A DNA stretch of 64,000 bases, from sequence record OP172792, one strand, 5' to 3'. Source of the stretch: Escherichia phage ECO340P2. This document shows, piece after piece, positions 46,597-56,170 of the stretch. The notes beneath the pieces are model-generated. The model was not told where the DNA came from and made no database searches. It worked only from the letters and a program-made list of their open reading frames with translations. Numbering within the stretch: position 1 is the stretch's first letter; the number at the start of each line of letters is the position of its first letter. The position numbers were made by a program, and so were the translations under genes.

Positions 46597-47298
46597 TTAA
46601 CCTCCGTTGTTTGTTGGGGTATTAGTAGCTTCAGCAGTTCTTACTGTAATATCTGACTTAGGACCATTAGAAGCGACTTGACCTTTCACATCACCACCAG
46701 TTGACTTATTTGGTGCTGTTTTTACAGCAATAGCATTAGTAGTGGCCTTAGAGACTAGACGAATTTGTTCGAACTCTAAATCAAATTGCATAGCAAATTC
46801 AGATTTATAATCATAAGAGTAACCTTTCAGAATAACATTTTCAAAAGTCCTGTGTTCTGTCAAAAGAACTATTGGTTGTCTTGACTCAAATATTTGATCT
46901 AGATATTCTATTGCTTGAGAAATCCTTGCCCCATTTACACCTGCACTGTATAATTGATCTCGCATAAGCCGAATTGGTGTTTCGGTAATTATACCTGAAA
47001 GTTTAAATCTGTTGTTTTTTATTTGAACGTGGTCACTTACATCCGATCCTGATTCTACTGGAAAACTTGTAACATCTGCTTCACGAGTTACACCTACTTC
47101 AGGGACCGAATCGAAAGTAATTGCTTTAAAGTTTTGAATGTATTGATCACTTGAACTATTATAAACACTTGCTAAAATGCAGAAACCATTATCACCCTTT
47201 ACAGTAGATGCCGAGGTATTTTTATTCTCGGTAGAGTTGATTTCCTGTTCTGCCTTATAGACGGCTCTCACCGACTGTTGTGGAGTCATTGCTGCCAT
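46597..47298 (-). CDS. Tail/baseplate protein (first gene after tape measure)
   Basis: ORF track; preceded on minus strand by a candidate promoter and the tape-measure terminator. Confidence 0.4.
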   Translation of the reverse strand: MAAMTPQQSVRAVYKAEQEINSTENKNTSASTVKGDNGFCILASVYNSSSDQYIQNFKAITFDSVPEVGVTREADVTSFPVESGSDVSDHVQIKNNRFKLSGIITETPIRLMRDQLYSAGVNGARISQAIEYLDQIFESRQPIVLLTEHRTFENVILKGYSYDYKSEFAMQFDLEFEQIRLVSKATTNAIAVKTAPNKSTGGDVKGQVASNGPKSDITVRTAEATNTPTNNGG

Positions 47299-47357
47299 GA
47301 TAACCTCGTAGTAATGATAATGCCAAAAGGAAGATGCAAGATCTTCCCATATTGATT

Positions 47358-47387
47358 ATTGTAACACATATAGAAACTTCGTGTCAA
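47358..47387 (-). promoter_or_regulatory. Candidate promoter downstream of the tape-measure terminator (TTGACA-N18-TACAAT)
   Basis: Minus strand: -35 TTGACA (plus 47382-47387), 18-nt spacer, -10 TACAAT (plus 47358-47363). Confidence 0.45.
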
Positions 47388-47394
47388 GGGAAAC

Positions 47395-47420
47395 GAAAAA
47401 ACCCCGCCGAAGCGAGGTAT
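47395..47420 (-). terminator. Rho-independent terminator immediately after tape measure gene
   Basis: Minus strand: CCUCGC-UUCG-GCGGGG followed by UUUUUUU. Confidence 0.8.
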
Positions 47421-47424
47421 TTTA

Positions 47425-49413
47425 TTAACCACCAGTGTTAGATTGTCCACTTAGAGTTGAAAGAGACAAACGTTGGAAAATACTATTTCCGCTATTTTGA
47501 ATTCTTGCATCAAGAATATTTCCAAACTCTGAAGAAGGGCTGATCGTAACTTTGATAAGATCACTTGGTATTGCTACCGTATTCTCAACAACAGGTTGAT
47601 TACGAGCCAAACTTACGTTAGGTGTATAGGCTGATTCACGTAAATCTTCAAGAGGATTACCAAATCCAAAAGCACGTGTCCTTGTTTGTTCTCCTCTCCA
47701 CATACGACCAATATCTTGTGTATCAATACCTGTTAAATTGTACAACCAATCTGCTACAGGATTGCTGTCTCCACTTTGCGTTGCCTCGTATGCTTTTTGT
47801 GCCATAGATTTATTAGGATCTGTGTTATCTCCGAATGTATCTGGGAATGTTTCTTTAAGCCAATTGGTAAAAGATCCGAAACCATCTCCCAATTCTTTAG
47901 CAAAACCTCCTAATTGAACTGTTGTCTTACCGAGTTCTTCACCTAAATCTTTGGCAAACTGATCTAGCACTTTAACATTATCCAACCAAGAATCATCTTT
48001 AGGTAAGGCTTTCACAAAACCCTCTAAGAAGTGGTTCTGCATACCTTGACCTACAAGCTGAACTGTTGCAGCAAAACGAGTAAACTCTTTAGAAGCATCT
48101 ATTTGTTCTTGAGTTAATGTTGCACCTGTTCTTTGAAGCATTTTCAATACTTCATTATACCCTTCGCCGTTTTTACTAAACATACGTTGGTAGTGCATAA
48201 GGTCATCACCAAGGTTTTCAAGAAGTCGCCCGATTTGAGCAGAGTTCATACCTCGACGTTCACCTTCATTAACAGTAGCCTGAATAAAAGCTAAAGGATC
48301 GTTCTGTAAAGGTTTAAGCTGTTCTGGATTCCATCCAAACAAGTTCATAATGTCATTTATGCCATTATCACCGCCTTTCCACTTCCCTTCTTTCTCATTC
48401 CATTTTGAGGCTAAAACTGTATTACCAAGACGTTCACGAACGTCTTTAATATTATCTATTGACTTAATAATATTTGCAGAGTCTACACCGTTCTGTTCAC
48501 CCCAAGCTGTCATTGCCAAAATAGCGTTGGCGTTTGTCTGAACGTTTTCAGCACCACGACTTACAAGTTTAATTCTTTCGTTAGTATTCATCAACGTGTT
48601 ACCAACTACAGAACCACCTGCAAACAGCCCAGCACCTATTAAAGAGGATGCAATCATGCGTGGATTAAGACCTGCTGCACCTTCTTTTAATTGTCCATAT
48701 CGACGATCACGATCACGTTTTTGTTGAGCTAATTCACGCTTACGGTTGCGTTCTATATCTCTAAGTTCACGATTTCGCATACGTATACGCATTTTAGCTT
48801 CTGCTTCTAGCTCTCTACGAATACGGCGACGACCGCGAACCTCGTCTTCTATTTCAGCATTCTTTTCACGATGAGATCTGCGTAAGGCATCTAACTGGTG
48901 AGCAAGAGCTTGGTTCATACGTTGAAGAGTTATTTCACCCTTTTTGTATTGCTCTACAGCTTTACCCATAACGTCTCTAGCTTCTTGCATAGCGCCAGGA
49001 CTAGCTTTACTAAATGCTCTTGCTCGATAGTTAAAGTTCTGCAAACGAAGATTACCTAAATCTTCCCTACGTGCTGCTGCTTTAGCTTCGCGTTCAGCAG
49101 CTTTACGAGCTTTTTCTTCTTCTCTTCCTTGCGGGGTTTTAGGAGTTCTAGGTCTACCAGATCCGCCTACAGGAGCACCCGCTCCAGCGGGAGTAGGTGC
49201 TCGCATAGGTTTTTGACTTTGAGTTTGAGCTTTCTTAAGTTCACGCTCAATCTCTTTCATTTGTTGTCTAAACTTGGTCATGTTCATAGTGGGTTGCATT
49301 TTATTTGCAAACTTCTGAACACTCAACACGGCATCTTTTGCTTCCTTGAGACTGTTCTTGTCCACCTTAAACGTAACCACGTTACTAATTTTGGAGGCGT
49401 TAATTTCTAACAA
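47425..49413 (-). CDS. Tail tape measure protein
   Basis: 662 aa, long charged helical segments (KARKAAEREAKAAARRED), immediately after the frameshifted chaperone genes. Confidence 0.65.
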   Translation of the reverse strand: MLEINASKISNVVTFKVDKNSLKEAKDAVLSVQKFANKMQPTMNMTKFRQQMKEIERELKKAQTQSQKPMRAPTPAGAGAPVGGSGRPRTPKTPQGREEEKARKAAEREAKAAARREDLGNLRLQNFNYRARAFSKASPGAMQEARDVMGKAVEQYKKGEITLQRMNQALAHQLDALRRSHREKNAEIEDEVRGRRRIRRELEAEAKMRIRMRNRELRDIERNRKRELAQQKRDRDRRYGQLKEGAAGLNPRMIASSLIGAGLFAGGSVVGNTLMNTNERIKLVSRGAENVQTNANAILAMTAWGEQNGVDSANIIKSIDNIKDVRERLGNTVLASKWNEKEGKWKGGDNGINDIMNLFGWNPEQLKPLQNDPLAFIQATVNEGERRGMNSAQIGRLLENLGDDLMHYQRMFSKNGEGYNEVLKMLQRTGATLTQEQIDASKEFTRFAATVQLVGQGMQNHFLEGFVKALPKDDSWLDNVKVLDQFAKDLGEELGKTTVQLGGFAKELGDGFGSFTNWLKETFPDTFGDNTDPNKSMAQKAYEATQSGDSNPVADWLYNLTGIDTQDIGRMWRGEQTRTRAFGFGNPLEDLRESAYTPNVSLARNQPVVENTVAIPSDLIKVTISPSSEFGNILDARIQNSGNSIFQRLSLSTLSGQSNTGG

Positions 49414-49433
49414 AGTATGTTCCTCGTGTTGGA

Positions 49434-50182
49434 TTAAACAAGTTTCTTAAACAAATCTGACATTTTATTTGTCTGGTTTTGATGTTTTCTCTTTATTGAA
49501 GTGTCTTTAACATACATGGCTTCAACATACTCTTCGTATGTTAAATACTCATATAGTTTTAAAAGATAATCTACACCGTAGTTATCCAATGTTTTCAGTG
49601 TTTCCGAGGTATCTTTAACGACTTTGCAAAGAATAACCTCATACCACTTCAAAGTAAGGGTTTTCGTTGCTATGTCGATAGCATGTTCAATCGCAGGTGT
49701 TAATTTGCTGCTAAACTCGTCATCGCCTGAAGCTGTGTGAACAGTTTTCCGAAACCTCGTTTGAAAAAAGGGCCGTAGTTTACCTCCAGAACTTTAGCAG
49801 TAAGATCTAACACTAGTTCTGGGTGAGCCATAAATAATTCATCAAAATTTTCTGCAACGTTATAACCGTCTTGAGTATAAACCTCATCTAAAATTTTACG
49901 CAAAAAGACAGTTAAATTCTTTTCTTCCAAACCTGCAAAAAGTTGGATCAATGCCATAGCAATACGTGACTCAAGGTCTTCGTCTGCGGACATTGTTGCT
50001 GTGCTATACATAGTCATAGGAACAACCAGAACACTACCTAATTCTGGAATCCTGTCAAACACTTTAGATGGACTCCACTTCATAATACGGAAAGTAACAG
50101 ATCTGTTTCCATCTAACGGAATCTCAACTACTTCTTCTGGTCGAGCATATTTTTGAATTGTGTTATCTTGTTCTTGTGACAT
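49434..50182 (-). CDS. Tail assembly chaperone, long form made by programmed -1 frameshift (gpGT / E+E'-like)
   Basis: The -1 frame is open from the slippery site (49763-49769) to the stop at 49434; the downstream ORF has no ATG start (track start is TTG), consistent with expression by frameshift only. Confidence 0.5.
49700..50182 (-). CDS. Tail assembly chaperone, short form (gpG / P2 E-like)
   Basis: Sits between tail tube and tape measure; slippery heptamer T_TTT_TTC lies 20 codons before its stop. Confidence 0.55.
   Translation of the reverse strand: MSQEQDNTIQKYARPEEVVEIPLDGNRSVTFRIMKWSPSKVFDRIPELGSVLVVPMTMYSTATMSADEDLESRIAMALIQLFAGLEEKNLTVFLRKILDEVYTQDGYNVAENFDELFMAHPELVLDLTAKVLEVNYGPFFKRGFGKLFTQLQAMTSLAAN
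49763..49769 (-). promoter_or_regulatory. -1 ribosomal frameshift slippery heptamer T_TTT_TTC
   Basis: Zero frame reads CCT TTT TTC (P F F); X_XXY_YYZ pattern in the correct register. Confidence 0.5.
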
Positions 50183-50202
50183 ATTTTCCTCTCTAATGAT
50201 AA

Positions 50203-50220
50203 AAAGGGCATTTCTGCCCT
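50203..50220 (-). terminator. Terminator after tail tube gene
   Basis: AGGGCA-TTTC-TGCCCT flanked by T-runs on both strands. Confidence 0.65.
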
Positions 50221-50227
50221 TTATTTA

Positions 50228-50707
50228 TTATTGAATTGTCAGAGCAGAGATTGAGTTAAGGGTGCTCAAACCTACACCAACTTCATTACGCAGAAGGCTT
50301 GCATCTTTAAGACCAATAACCCATTGGTTCTCTGTAATCATTTCGCCAATAGTATCTTCAGGCTGACTTTGAATCCATCCAATCGTGCTAATGTAATAGC
50401 CACGTGGGTCTTCTAAATAAACACTGAACGCTACTTGACGAGTAGAATACATTGTTTGTGCATATGTTGCAAGTACTTCGTTAGCTGGAGATGTGCGTTG
50501 CAAAGACATTGTGAGTGTTCCCAAACGGTTACGACTCAAAGCTAGTGAAACGTCGCCATCAGTCCCTGCATAAGGGTTGATAATATCGTTAGATTTAGCA
50601 ATAACGATTTTAGTATCAGCCGCAAAACCCCACGGTTCCCAACCACCTAATGAAAGGATAACTTGAGATGGGTCGTAGGCCATTACGCCAGTAAGCATTT
50701 TATCCAT
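50228..50707 (-). CDS. Tail tube protein
   Basis: 159 aa directly downstream of the sheath gene and followed by a terminator. Confidence 0.6.
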   Translation of the reverse strand: MDKMLTGVMAYDPSQVILSLGGWEPWGFAADTKIVIAKSNDIINPYAGTDGDVSLALSRNRLGTLTMSLQRTSPANEVLATYAQTMYSTRQVAFSVYLEDPRGYYISTIGWIQSQPEDTIGEMITENQWVIGLKDASLLRNEVGVGLSTLNSISALTIQ

Positions 50708-50730
50708 TATAGATCCTCTTTATTTTGATA

Positions 50731-50747
50731 ACGGGGGCTTAACCCCC
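50731..50747 (-). promoter_or_regulatory. GC hairpin between sheath and tube genes (possible attenuator)
   Basis: CGGGGG-CTTAA-CCCCCG, no clear U-tract. Confidence 0.3.
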
Positions 50748-50753
50748 GCCGTA

Positions 50754-52127
50754 TTAGTTTGCAGTACGGTTAGTCAGGACGTTGACCTGAACTTTAACGT
50801 AATGGAAGAAGCCAGCGTAAACATATTCAATCTTCATCCCATCTACCAGACGAGCATTGATTTGCGCATCGGTCATATCAGCACGAGAAGGAATATAAAC
50901 AATAGGTTTCAGATCGACACGCAAACCAGTCTCTTCAGAAGTAACAACTTCATTAGCGATGGAACCGTTGAGGATACCTACTTGGATCGGGTTAGCCAGA
51001 ACAGCTTGTCGAATCAAAGCCAGACCGTTTGAAGTAGCACGAACACCACCACCCAGCATAGACTGTTGTTTAAACAGTGTAAACAGTGATTCTTCTGTGC
51101 GAGCTTTAAACCACAAAGCATGAACAACATAGTCAACAAAGAAACCGCTAACCATCAATCCATCACGATAGAACAGAGTTCCATGCTCTTTACGATAGAT
51201 GTTGCCGTTCTGTTGAACAATATTGTTTTCCGAAGTCTGATCCAGTTTCTCGATCTCTACACCTACCAGTGTTTTACCGTGAAGAGTAGTTAAACCAGGT
51301 TGACGAGAACAGATTGCACCAACAACTGCTGCTTCTGGGAATACAGAATCTGCATCGGTCATCCACAAAGCAAAGCAAGTGTTATTATAACCGAGGTCAT
51401 TCAGTCGTTCCAGAACGTTATCTTCTGCTTTCGTTTTAATTCCAGGTTCAGAGCTAGAGAAGAAGTAAACTTTATCATTCTCTTCTACCCATGCAGCCAA
51501 AGCTAGAACATCTTCTGTTTCATGGGAATCTGAAAGGGTCCAGAACCAGCTACTATCGATATCATGCAGAGCAGCAATATCTTCCGTAATAGCATTAGCA
51601 TAGACAGTTTCTTGAGTGAAACCTGTGCTGTCAATAGAACCAAACTTACCTTCTACTGGAGTGAAAGTCATTGCAGCGCCGTTGTTAGCTACTGTAAACA
51701 GTGGGCCATAAACAAGATCTGCATTGATCATTTCAGTCAGACCAACTACAATCTCTTGTGCAGTTGCAGTGTCATCAGCAATGAATTTAAATTCTTTTTT
51801 CTTGGTACCATTTTTGATGGTAATTGTGTAAGTTGCACTATCTTCTACGATTGGAGTTAGAGTAAAGTTTGTAACTTCACGCTTACCAACCATGACTTGA
51901 TCTGGTGGGAACAAACCGTTAAACAGTTTGACTGCCATAATATACGCTGGATCATTTAATCCATAACCTGCTTCCAAAAGTGCATCGGAAGAAGAGTAAT
52001 ATTGAATCGCTTCGCCAGTTACGTTCTGACCTGTAAGGATCAGGGGAATATCGAACTGGGTTTCACGAATTGATGTAGCACCATACAGTAAAGTTACGGT
52101 TGCTACCTTTTCACGAAAAGTTGCCAT
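50754..52127 (-). CDS. Contractile tail sheath protein
   Basis: 457 aa immediately upstream of tube gene, after the head-tail joining genes. Confidence 0.6.
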   Translation of the reverse strand: MATFREKVATVTLLYGATSIRETQFDIPLILTGQNVTGEAIQYYSSSDALLEAGYGLNDPAYIMAVKLFNGLFPPDQVMVGKREVTNFTLTPIVEDSATYTITIKNGTKKKEFKFIADDTATAQEIVVGLTEMINADLVYGPLFTVANNGAAMTFTPVEGKFGSIDSTGFTQETVYANAITEDIAALHDIDSSWFWTLSDSHETEDVLALAAWVEENDKVYFFSSSEPGIKTKAEDNVLERLNDLGYNNTCFALWMTDADSVFPEAAVVGAICSRQPGLTTLHGKTLVGVEIEKLDQTSENNIVQQNGNIYRKEHGTLFYRDGLMVSGFFVDYVVHALWFKARTEESLFTLFKQQSMLGGGVRATSNGLALIRQAVLANPIQVGILNGSIANEVVTSEETGLRVDLKPIVYIPSRADMTDAQINARLVDGMKIEYVYAGFFHYVKVQVNVLTNRTAN

Positions 52128-52161
52128 TTATGCTCCTGTTAGAAACTTAATTCCAATGAGT

Positions 52162-52821
52162 TTATTCGGTAGGGTTGTTAAATAATGATCCATTTTGATT
52201 GACTGACGAGTATTCGCCTGGAACCAAAGTAATTGCATAAACCCTGTTTAGAATTAAATCTAAAGGGATAGGATCATTGTAACTATCTCTGAATGAACGG
52301 ATGTGCATGTTGATTGCTTCTATTGGTGTAGTAGCAATATCTTCAATACTCATACGAGTGTTGAACGTCATAACCATACGCGCTCTTAATTCAGTCTTAT
52401 CTCCGTCTACAATTGTATTGGCTTGAGCTATATTGGAGGCTCCTAAAAAACCAAGACCTTTAGAATAGAGATGTTTGTATTTTAATTCCTCTGCACCACG
52501 GAGAGCAGCCAGAACATAGCTCATCAAAGTGGTAGGTCTTCCACGATAGGCTACAAGTTCAATCTCGTAGGTATTATCCATCTCGTAGGAATACATATCA
52601 TTTTGAATAGAGCTTCGGTAAGACCAACCTCCAGAATCGCTGGAAGTGATAATACGTAGTGCTAGGTAAGGAGTATCCGGTTTAATGAATGGCTTATCCA
52701 TAACATAGACTGGCAACCCCACTAATTCTTGAAGGAAGCCACCTATATTTAAGTAGATGGCATTTTCGTATGCTTCTATTTGTTGGTAAATATTAGCCAA
52801 AGTTTCCTCCTTCTGTTCCAT
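52162..52821 (-). CDS. Tail/neck hypothetical protein
   Basis: ORF track; between connector genes and sheath. Confidence 0.4.
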   Translation of the reverse strand: MEQKEETLANIYQQIEAYENAIYLNIGGFLQELVGLPVYVMDKPFIKPDTPYLALRIITSSDSGGWSYRSSIQNDMYSYEMDNTYEIELVAYRGRPTTLMSYVLAALRGAEELKYKHLYSKGLGFLGASNIAQANTIVDGDKTELRARMVMTFNTRMSIEDIATTPIEAINMHIRSFRDSYNDPIPLDLILNRVYAITLVPGEYSSVNQNGSLFNNPTE

Positions 52822-53242
52822 AAGACCAGGAGTTGTTTTGATCGTCTAATATTGCAACACAGTGATGATGGACTAAGAAAGATGTTCTGGTCCAATCTTT
52901 AAGGGAATAAACAGAATACCATTTACCATCTATCAGTATTTGATCTGATAACTGTTCTGTTCCTTGTTGTAACCCCTTCATTTCTGTTTTAGTCCAGAAA
53001 CTATATTGAGCCTTAGATCTGTAACCTTCAGGTAGTGCATTCAGTGTTTTACCAGATATCGGTTGTAAGCTTGCCGCTTCAATGGTAAATGGTTCATATT
53101 CTACACTACTTTCTAAGTTAGCAATAACTGAACCAACTGCCTCTTTGTAGACTCGTCTACGACCTTGGTATTCAGTTAGATCAAGGAGAGTAAATTGATC
53201 TAGTAACACTTGTATCTCCTTTTTAGTATACATCAAAAACAA
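52793..53242 (-). CDS. Neck/tail completion protein (tentative)
   Basis: ORF track; position. Confidence 0.4.
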   Translation of the reverse strand: MFLMYTKKEIQVLLDQFTLLDLTEYQGRRRVYKEAVGSVIANLESSVEYEPFTIEAASLQPISGKTLNALPEGYRSKAQYSFWTKTEMKGLQQGTEQLSDQILIDGKWYSVYSLKDWTRTSFLVHHHCVAILDDQNNSWSYGTEGGNFG

Positions 53243-53254
53243 AGTTTATGCAAG

Positions 53255-53743
53255 TTATTTTTTAGACTTGCTTTTTGTGATTTTTGTTTCGATTGCATTT
53301 ATCATGTGTGCCGTATCTATTAAGATATGATTAGAATAGTTGCCTTTATCTTGTCGTATCTTAATTGTCACAGGAGATAAAGGACGATAACGTTGCATTG
53401 CAATCGCTTGAGCTATTCCTTCTTTAGAGGCTCTCGCTATAGGCTCAAAAACAGCTAACCCGACATTATTCAGTAAGTAATTTGCAAACACCTGCTTCAT
53501 CTTTTTAGCGATATTGTTCTGTGAGATAACAGCACCATCTGTTATAAAAGGGCGAGCAGGTATGTTATTTGTTTCATTACCATATTGTTGAATAGCTGCT
53601 ATTGCAGGAATAGTGAGATCTGATTCAGGATGCCTTTTGTTTGTTAAAAAACCAGCCTCGATTTGAACTTGTTCAAGGTCCATCATCTTTTTGATAATGG
53701 TTTCCCAATCTGTATCGTCACCTGGTAAGATCTCACTTTCCAT
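53255..53743 (-). CDS. Head-tail connector protein (tentative)
   Basis: ORF track; position downstream of capsid gene. Confidence 0.4.
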   Translation of the reverse strand: MESEILPGDDTDWETIIKKMMDLEQVQIEAGFLTNKRHPESDLTIPAIAAIQQYGNETNNIPARPFITDGAVISQNNIAKKMKQVFANYLLNNVGLAVFEPIARASKEGIAQAIAMQRYRPLSPVTIKIRQDKGNYSNHILIDTAHMINAIETKITKSKSKK

Positions 53744-54291
53744 TATTTGTCCCTACGATAAAAAGAAACAGGTCCGTAATTTCGCAAATAATTAACGTTG
53801 CGTGTATTACGATCAACACTTGCAACATTACCAAGACCATTTACAGAGTTAGGATCGCTGTTTACTCGATCAATCTCACGAGCATCCACACCGCCAATAA
53901 GAACTTTGCTGGTTGCTCCTCGTCCTGCCGTGCACCCAGGGATCACCATAAGACCATTTAAATAGTTATGATAGATATCTTCCCACGGAGATTTATAAGT
54001 GACTTGACCGTTGTTAAATTTAACTTCAACTTCGACTTCACCCATCTTTTCTCTGCGGGACATAGCTCCTCCTGTTTGAGTACTGTTGTTAAGAACATCG
54101 TTGTTCCATAAATACTCTAAAACAGAAATCAAGCTGTTCCACAATACTGCACACTTATCCTTATCTTCATTCCCTATAATATCAATCCAAGTTTGGATGA
54201 TCTGAATCAGCATCGCATCTGGCAATACTTCTTGAGAAGGGTTATAAACAAGAATTCGGATCAGTGGTGCCAACTCTACCGCATTCAGCAT
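53743..54291 (-). CDS. Head-tail adaptor protein (tentative)
   Basis: ORF track; position. Confidence 0.4.
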   Translation of the reverse strand: MLNAVELAPLIRILVYNPSQEVLPDAMLIQIIQTWIDIIGNEDKDKCAVLWNSLISVLEYLWNNDVLNNSTQTGGAMSRREKMGEVEVEVKFNNGQVTYKSPWEDIYHNYLNGLMVIPGCTAGRGATSKVLIGGVDAREIDRVNSDPNSVNGLGNVASVDRNTRNVNYLRNYGPVSFYRRDK

Positions 54292-54300
54292 AAGCCCACC

Positions 54301-54696
54301 TTATTTTTTACGAAGGGAACGTTTTTTAGCTGGAGTGTCTACCGCTTCTACTTTTAAAACTTCTTCTTTGATTTTTACAGGCGAATAGTCTTCGTAACTT
54401 ACAAGATAGTAACCCATGTGTTCTTCACTTGCAAAAGGATGCACAAGAATACCTGTTTCTTCTCTCAAACGCGTGAGGAAGTGAATGAAGTTTCCACCTA
54501 ATGCAATACGACCATCTTTCAGATAGAAAGACATTGGTGGCGCAGATACTAATGTTTTATCAGCATCGATCAGTGGTGAAAGCGATTCGAAATCACGAAT
54601 CATTTCGTGATAACTAAAGTAACGTTTCAATTCTGGGTTTGACATATCAATCTCCTCATTGTAAACTCTTATTGTAAACAGAAAAGGCTCGCCCAT
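54301..54696 (-). CDS. Head completion/connector protein (tentative)
   Basis: ATG at 54694-54696 (track start 54699 is GTG one codon upstream); first gene after the capsid terminator. Confidence 0.4.
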   Translation of the reverse strand: MGEPFLFTIRVYNEEIDMSNPELKRYFSYHEMIRDFESLSPLIDADKTLVSAPPMSFYLKDGRIALGGNFIHFLTRLREETGILVHPFASEEHMGYYLVSYEDYSPVKIKEEVLKVEAVDTPAKKRSLRKK

Positions 54697-54712
54697 CACG
54701 GACGAGCCTCTA
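54680..54712 (-). terminator. Terminator after major capsid gene; hairpin loop contains the start codon of the next gene
   Basis: Minus strand: AGGCUCG-(loop with GUGAUG)-CGAGCCU followed by UUUUCUGUUU. Confidence 0.65.
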
Positions 54713-54729
54713 ATATTAACAGAGTTCTA

Positions 54730-55731
54730 TTAAGCCGTAGTCAGTTTAACTACCAGTTCTGGACGGGTGTTAACTGCGAGCAGCGAGAATTCAGACTGAA
54801 GCTGAATAGTGCGGTGCTGGCTGATCATGAAGGTATACAGTTCACGAGCCTGGGTGTTAGCCAGTTCTGGAGTATCCGCAGGAGCGTAGTGCGCCTGGAA
54901 CATACCTTCGATACCCATAGGCAGAACATATGCTTCACCAGCAGGGATGTTACCGTGGATATCTTCAATGTAAGTTACACCGTTCCATTCGAACACCTGA
55001 ACATCCATGTTACCGCTAAGGCGGTCACGCAGAAGGTTAGGAGTTCCCTGGAAATACTGATATGCCTGGCGAACAAATGGAGAGTTAACCAGAGATGCGA
55101 AAAACTCACGAGAACACAGAGCTACGATACGGGTAGCGGTAGAGCCATCTTGTTTAGTATCGATGATGTAAGCACGAGCTTCTTGTTCGATAGTGGCTGC
55201 TGGAGAAACAGTGGTAGAAGCAAAGTCTACAGCAACAGATTTCTGGGTAGCACCCCATTCGGTATACCAGTTGTATGCAGAGTTAGCTGCACCACCTACG
55301 CCGTTATAGGCACGACCCATAACTGCTTCTGCAAAGATTTTTTCTTTGGTTTTTGCTACGTCACGCAGAATCTGGGACATATAGCGGTTAACAACTTCAG
55401 CGTCTGTGCGCAGAGAGTCATTGATTCCTGCCATTGCAAAGCTACGGAAAGATTGAATATCTTGAGCTTTGATGTTTTTATCCAGAGGGAAGAACGGAAT
55501 GCGGAACGCTTTCAGTTCTGGATTTTTCATGGTCAGGAAGTTACGCTCACCACCACGCTCACGAGCGGAGATCAGAGCATCTTCAGCTTTTTCTTTACCG
55601 ATTTCAATAGCGGTAGTTGAATGATAGTCAACACTGAACAGATTCAGGCTGGCAATCAGTGTATCAGGGGAATCCTGAAGTTCGATCATAGGGCTGAAAT
55701 CTACAACCTGATCTAAAATTACTGCTGGCAT
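54730..55731 (-). CDS. Major capsid protein
   Basis: 333 aa between decoration/scaffold genes and connector genes, followed by a strong terminator. Confidence 0.7.
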   Translation of the reverse strand: MPAVILDQVVDFSPMIELQDSPDTLIASLNLFSVDYHSTTAIEIGKEKAEDALISARERGGERNFLTMKNPELKAFRIPFFPLDKNIKAQDIQSFRSFAMAGINDSLRTDAEVVNRYMSQILRDVAKTKEKIFAEAVMGRAYNGVGGAANSAYNWYTEWGATQKSVAVDFASTTVSPAATIEQEARAYIIDTKQDGSTATRIVALCSREFFASLVNSPFVRQAYQYFQGTPNLLRDRLSGNMDVQVFEWNGVTYIEDIHGNIPAGEAYVLPMGIEGMFQAHYAPADTPELANTQARELYTFMISQHRTIQLQSEFSLLAVNTRPELVVKLTTA

Positions 55732-55752
55732 TATATTAATCTCCTATTAAAA

Positions 55753-56151
55753 TTAAGAAGTGAAAACGACTTTTTCGGTCAGTTTCAGATCATGTGTTTC
55801 CAGTGCTGCTACGCCAGCGTCATCTACCAGGGAGCCATCTTTGTAGTATACTGCAAAGCGGTTCAGAGTAAGATCACGTACGCCAACAACTGCGGTGAAA
55901 GTGTCACCTACTGCTACATCGTCAATACCGAACAGAGCATCAGTCCAAATCAGAACTTTAGCAGCGTCGGCAGCTTCAGCTTTAGCAGCTTCAGTGTTGT
56001 CAGCTTTCAGGATAGAACCAATTTTCATGGTTGCTGTTTTAACCAGGTTAACTTCACGTACACAGTGTCCAAGGTCAGAGCTAAACACTCCACCCAGAAC
56101 CAGGTGTCCGAATTCCTGGCGAGAGTTAGATAAAGTAATTCCTTTAGCCAT
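55753..56151 (-). CDS. Head decoration protein (tentative)
   Basis: 132 aa between scaffold and major capsid genes. Confidence 0.45.
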   Translation of the reverse strand: MAKGITLSNSRQEFGHLVLGGVFSSDLGHCVREVNLVKTATMKIGSILKADNTEAAKAEAADAAKVLIWTDALFGIDDVAVGDTFTAVVGVRDLTLNRFAVYYKDGSLVDDAGVAALETHDLKLTEKVVFTS

Positions 56152-56170
56152 TTAATTTAATCTCCTAAGA

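Noticed and set aside
54814-55620. 268-aa plus-strand ORF antisense to the major capsid gene, and similar shadow ORFs (56174-56740, 55792-56133, 26397-26732, 29228-29626)
   Set aside because: All lie wholly inside longer, contextually coherent minus-strand structural genes, lack RBSs and have low-complexity or Cys/Phe-rich translations typical of antisense frames.
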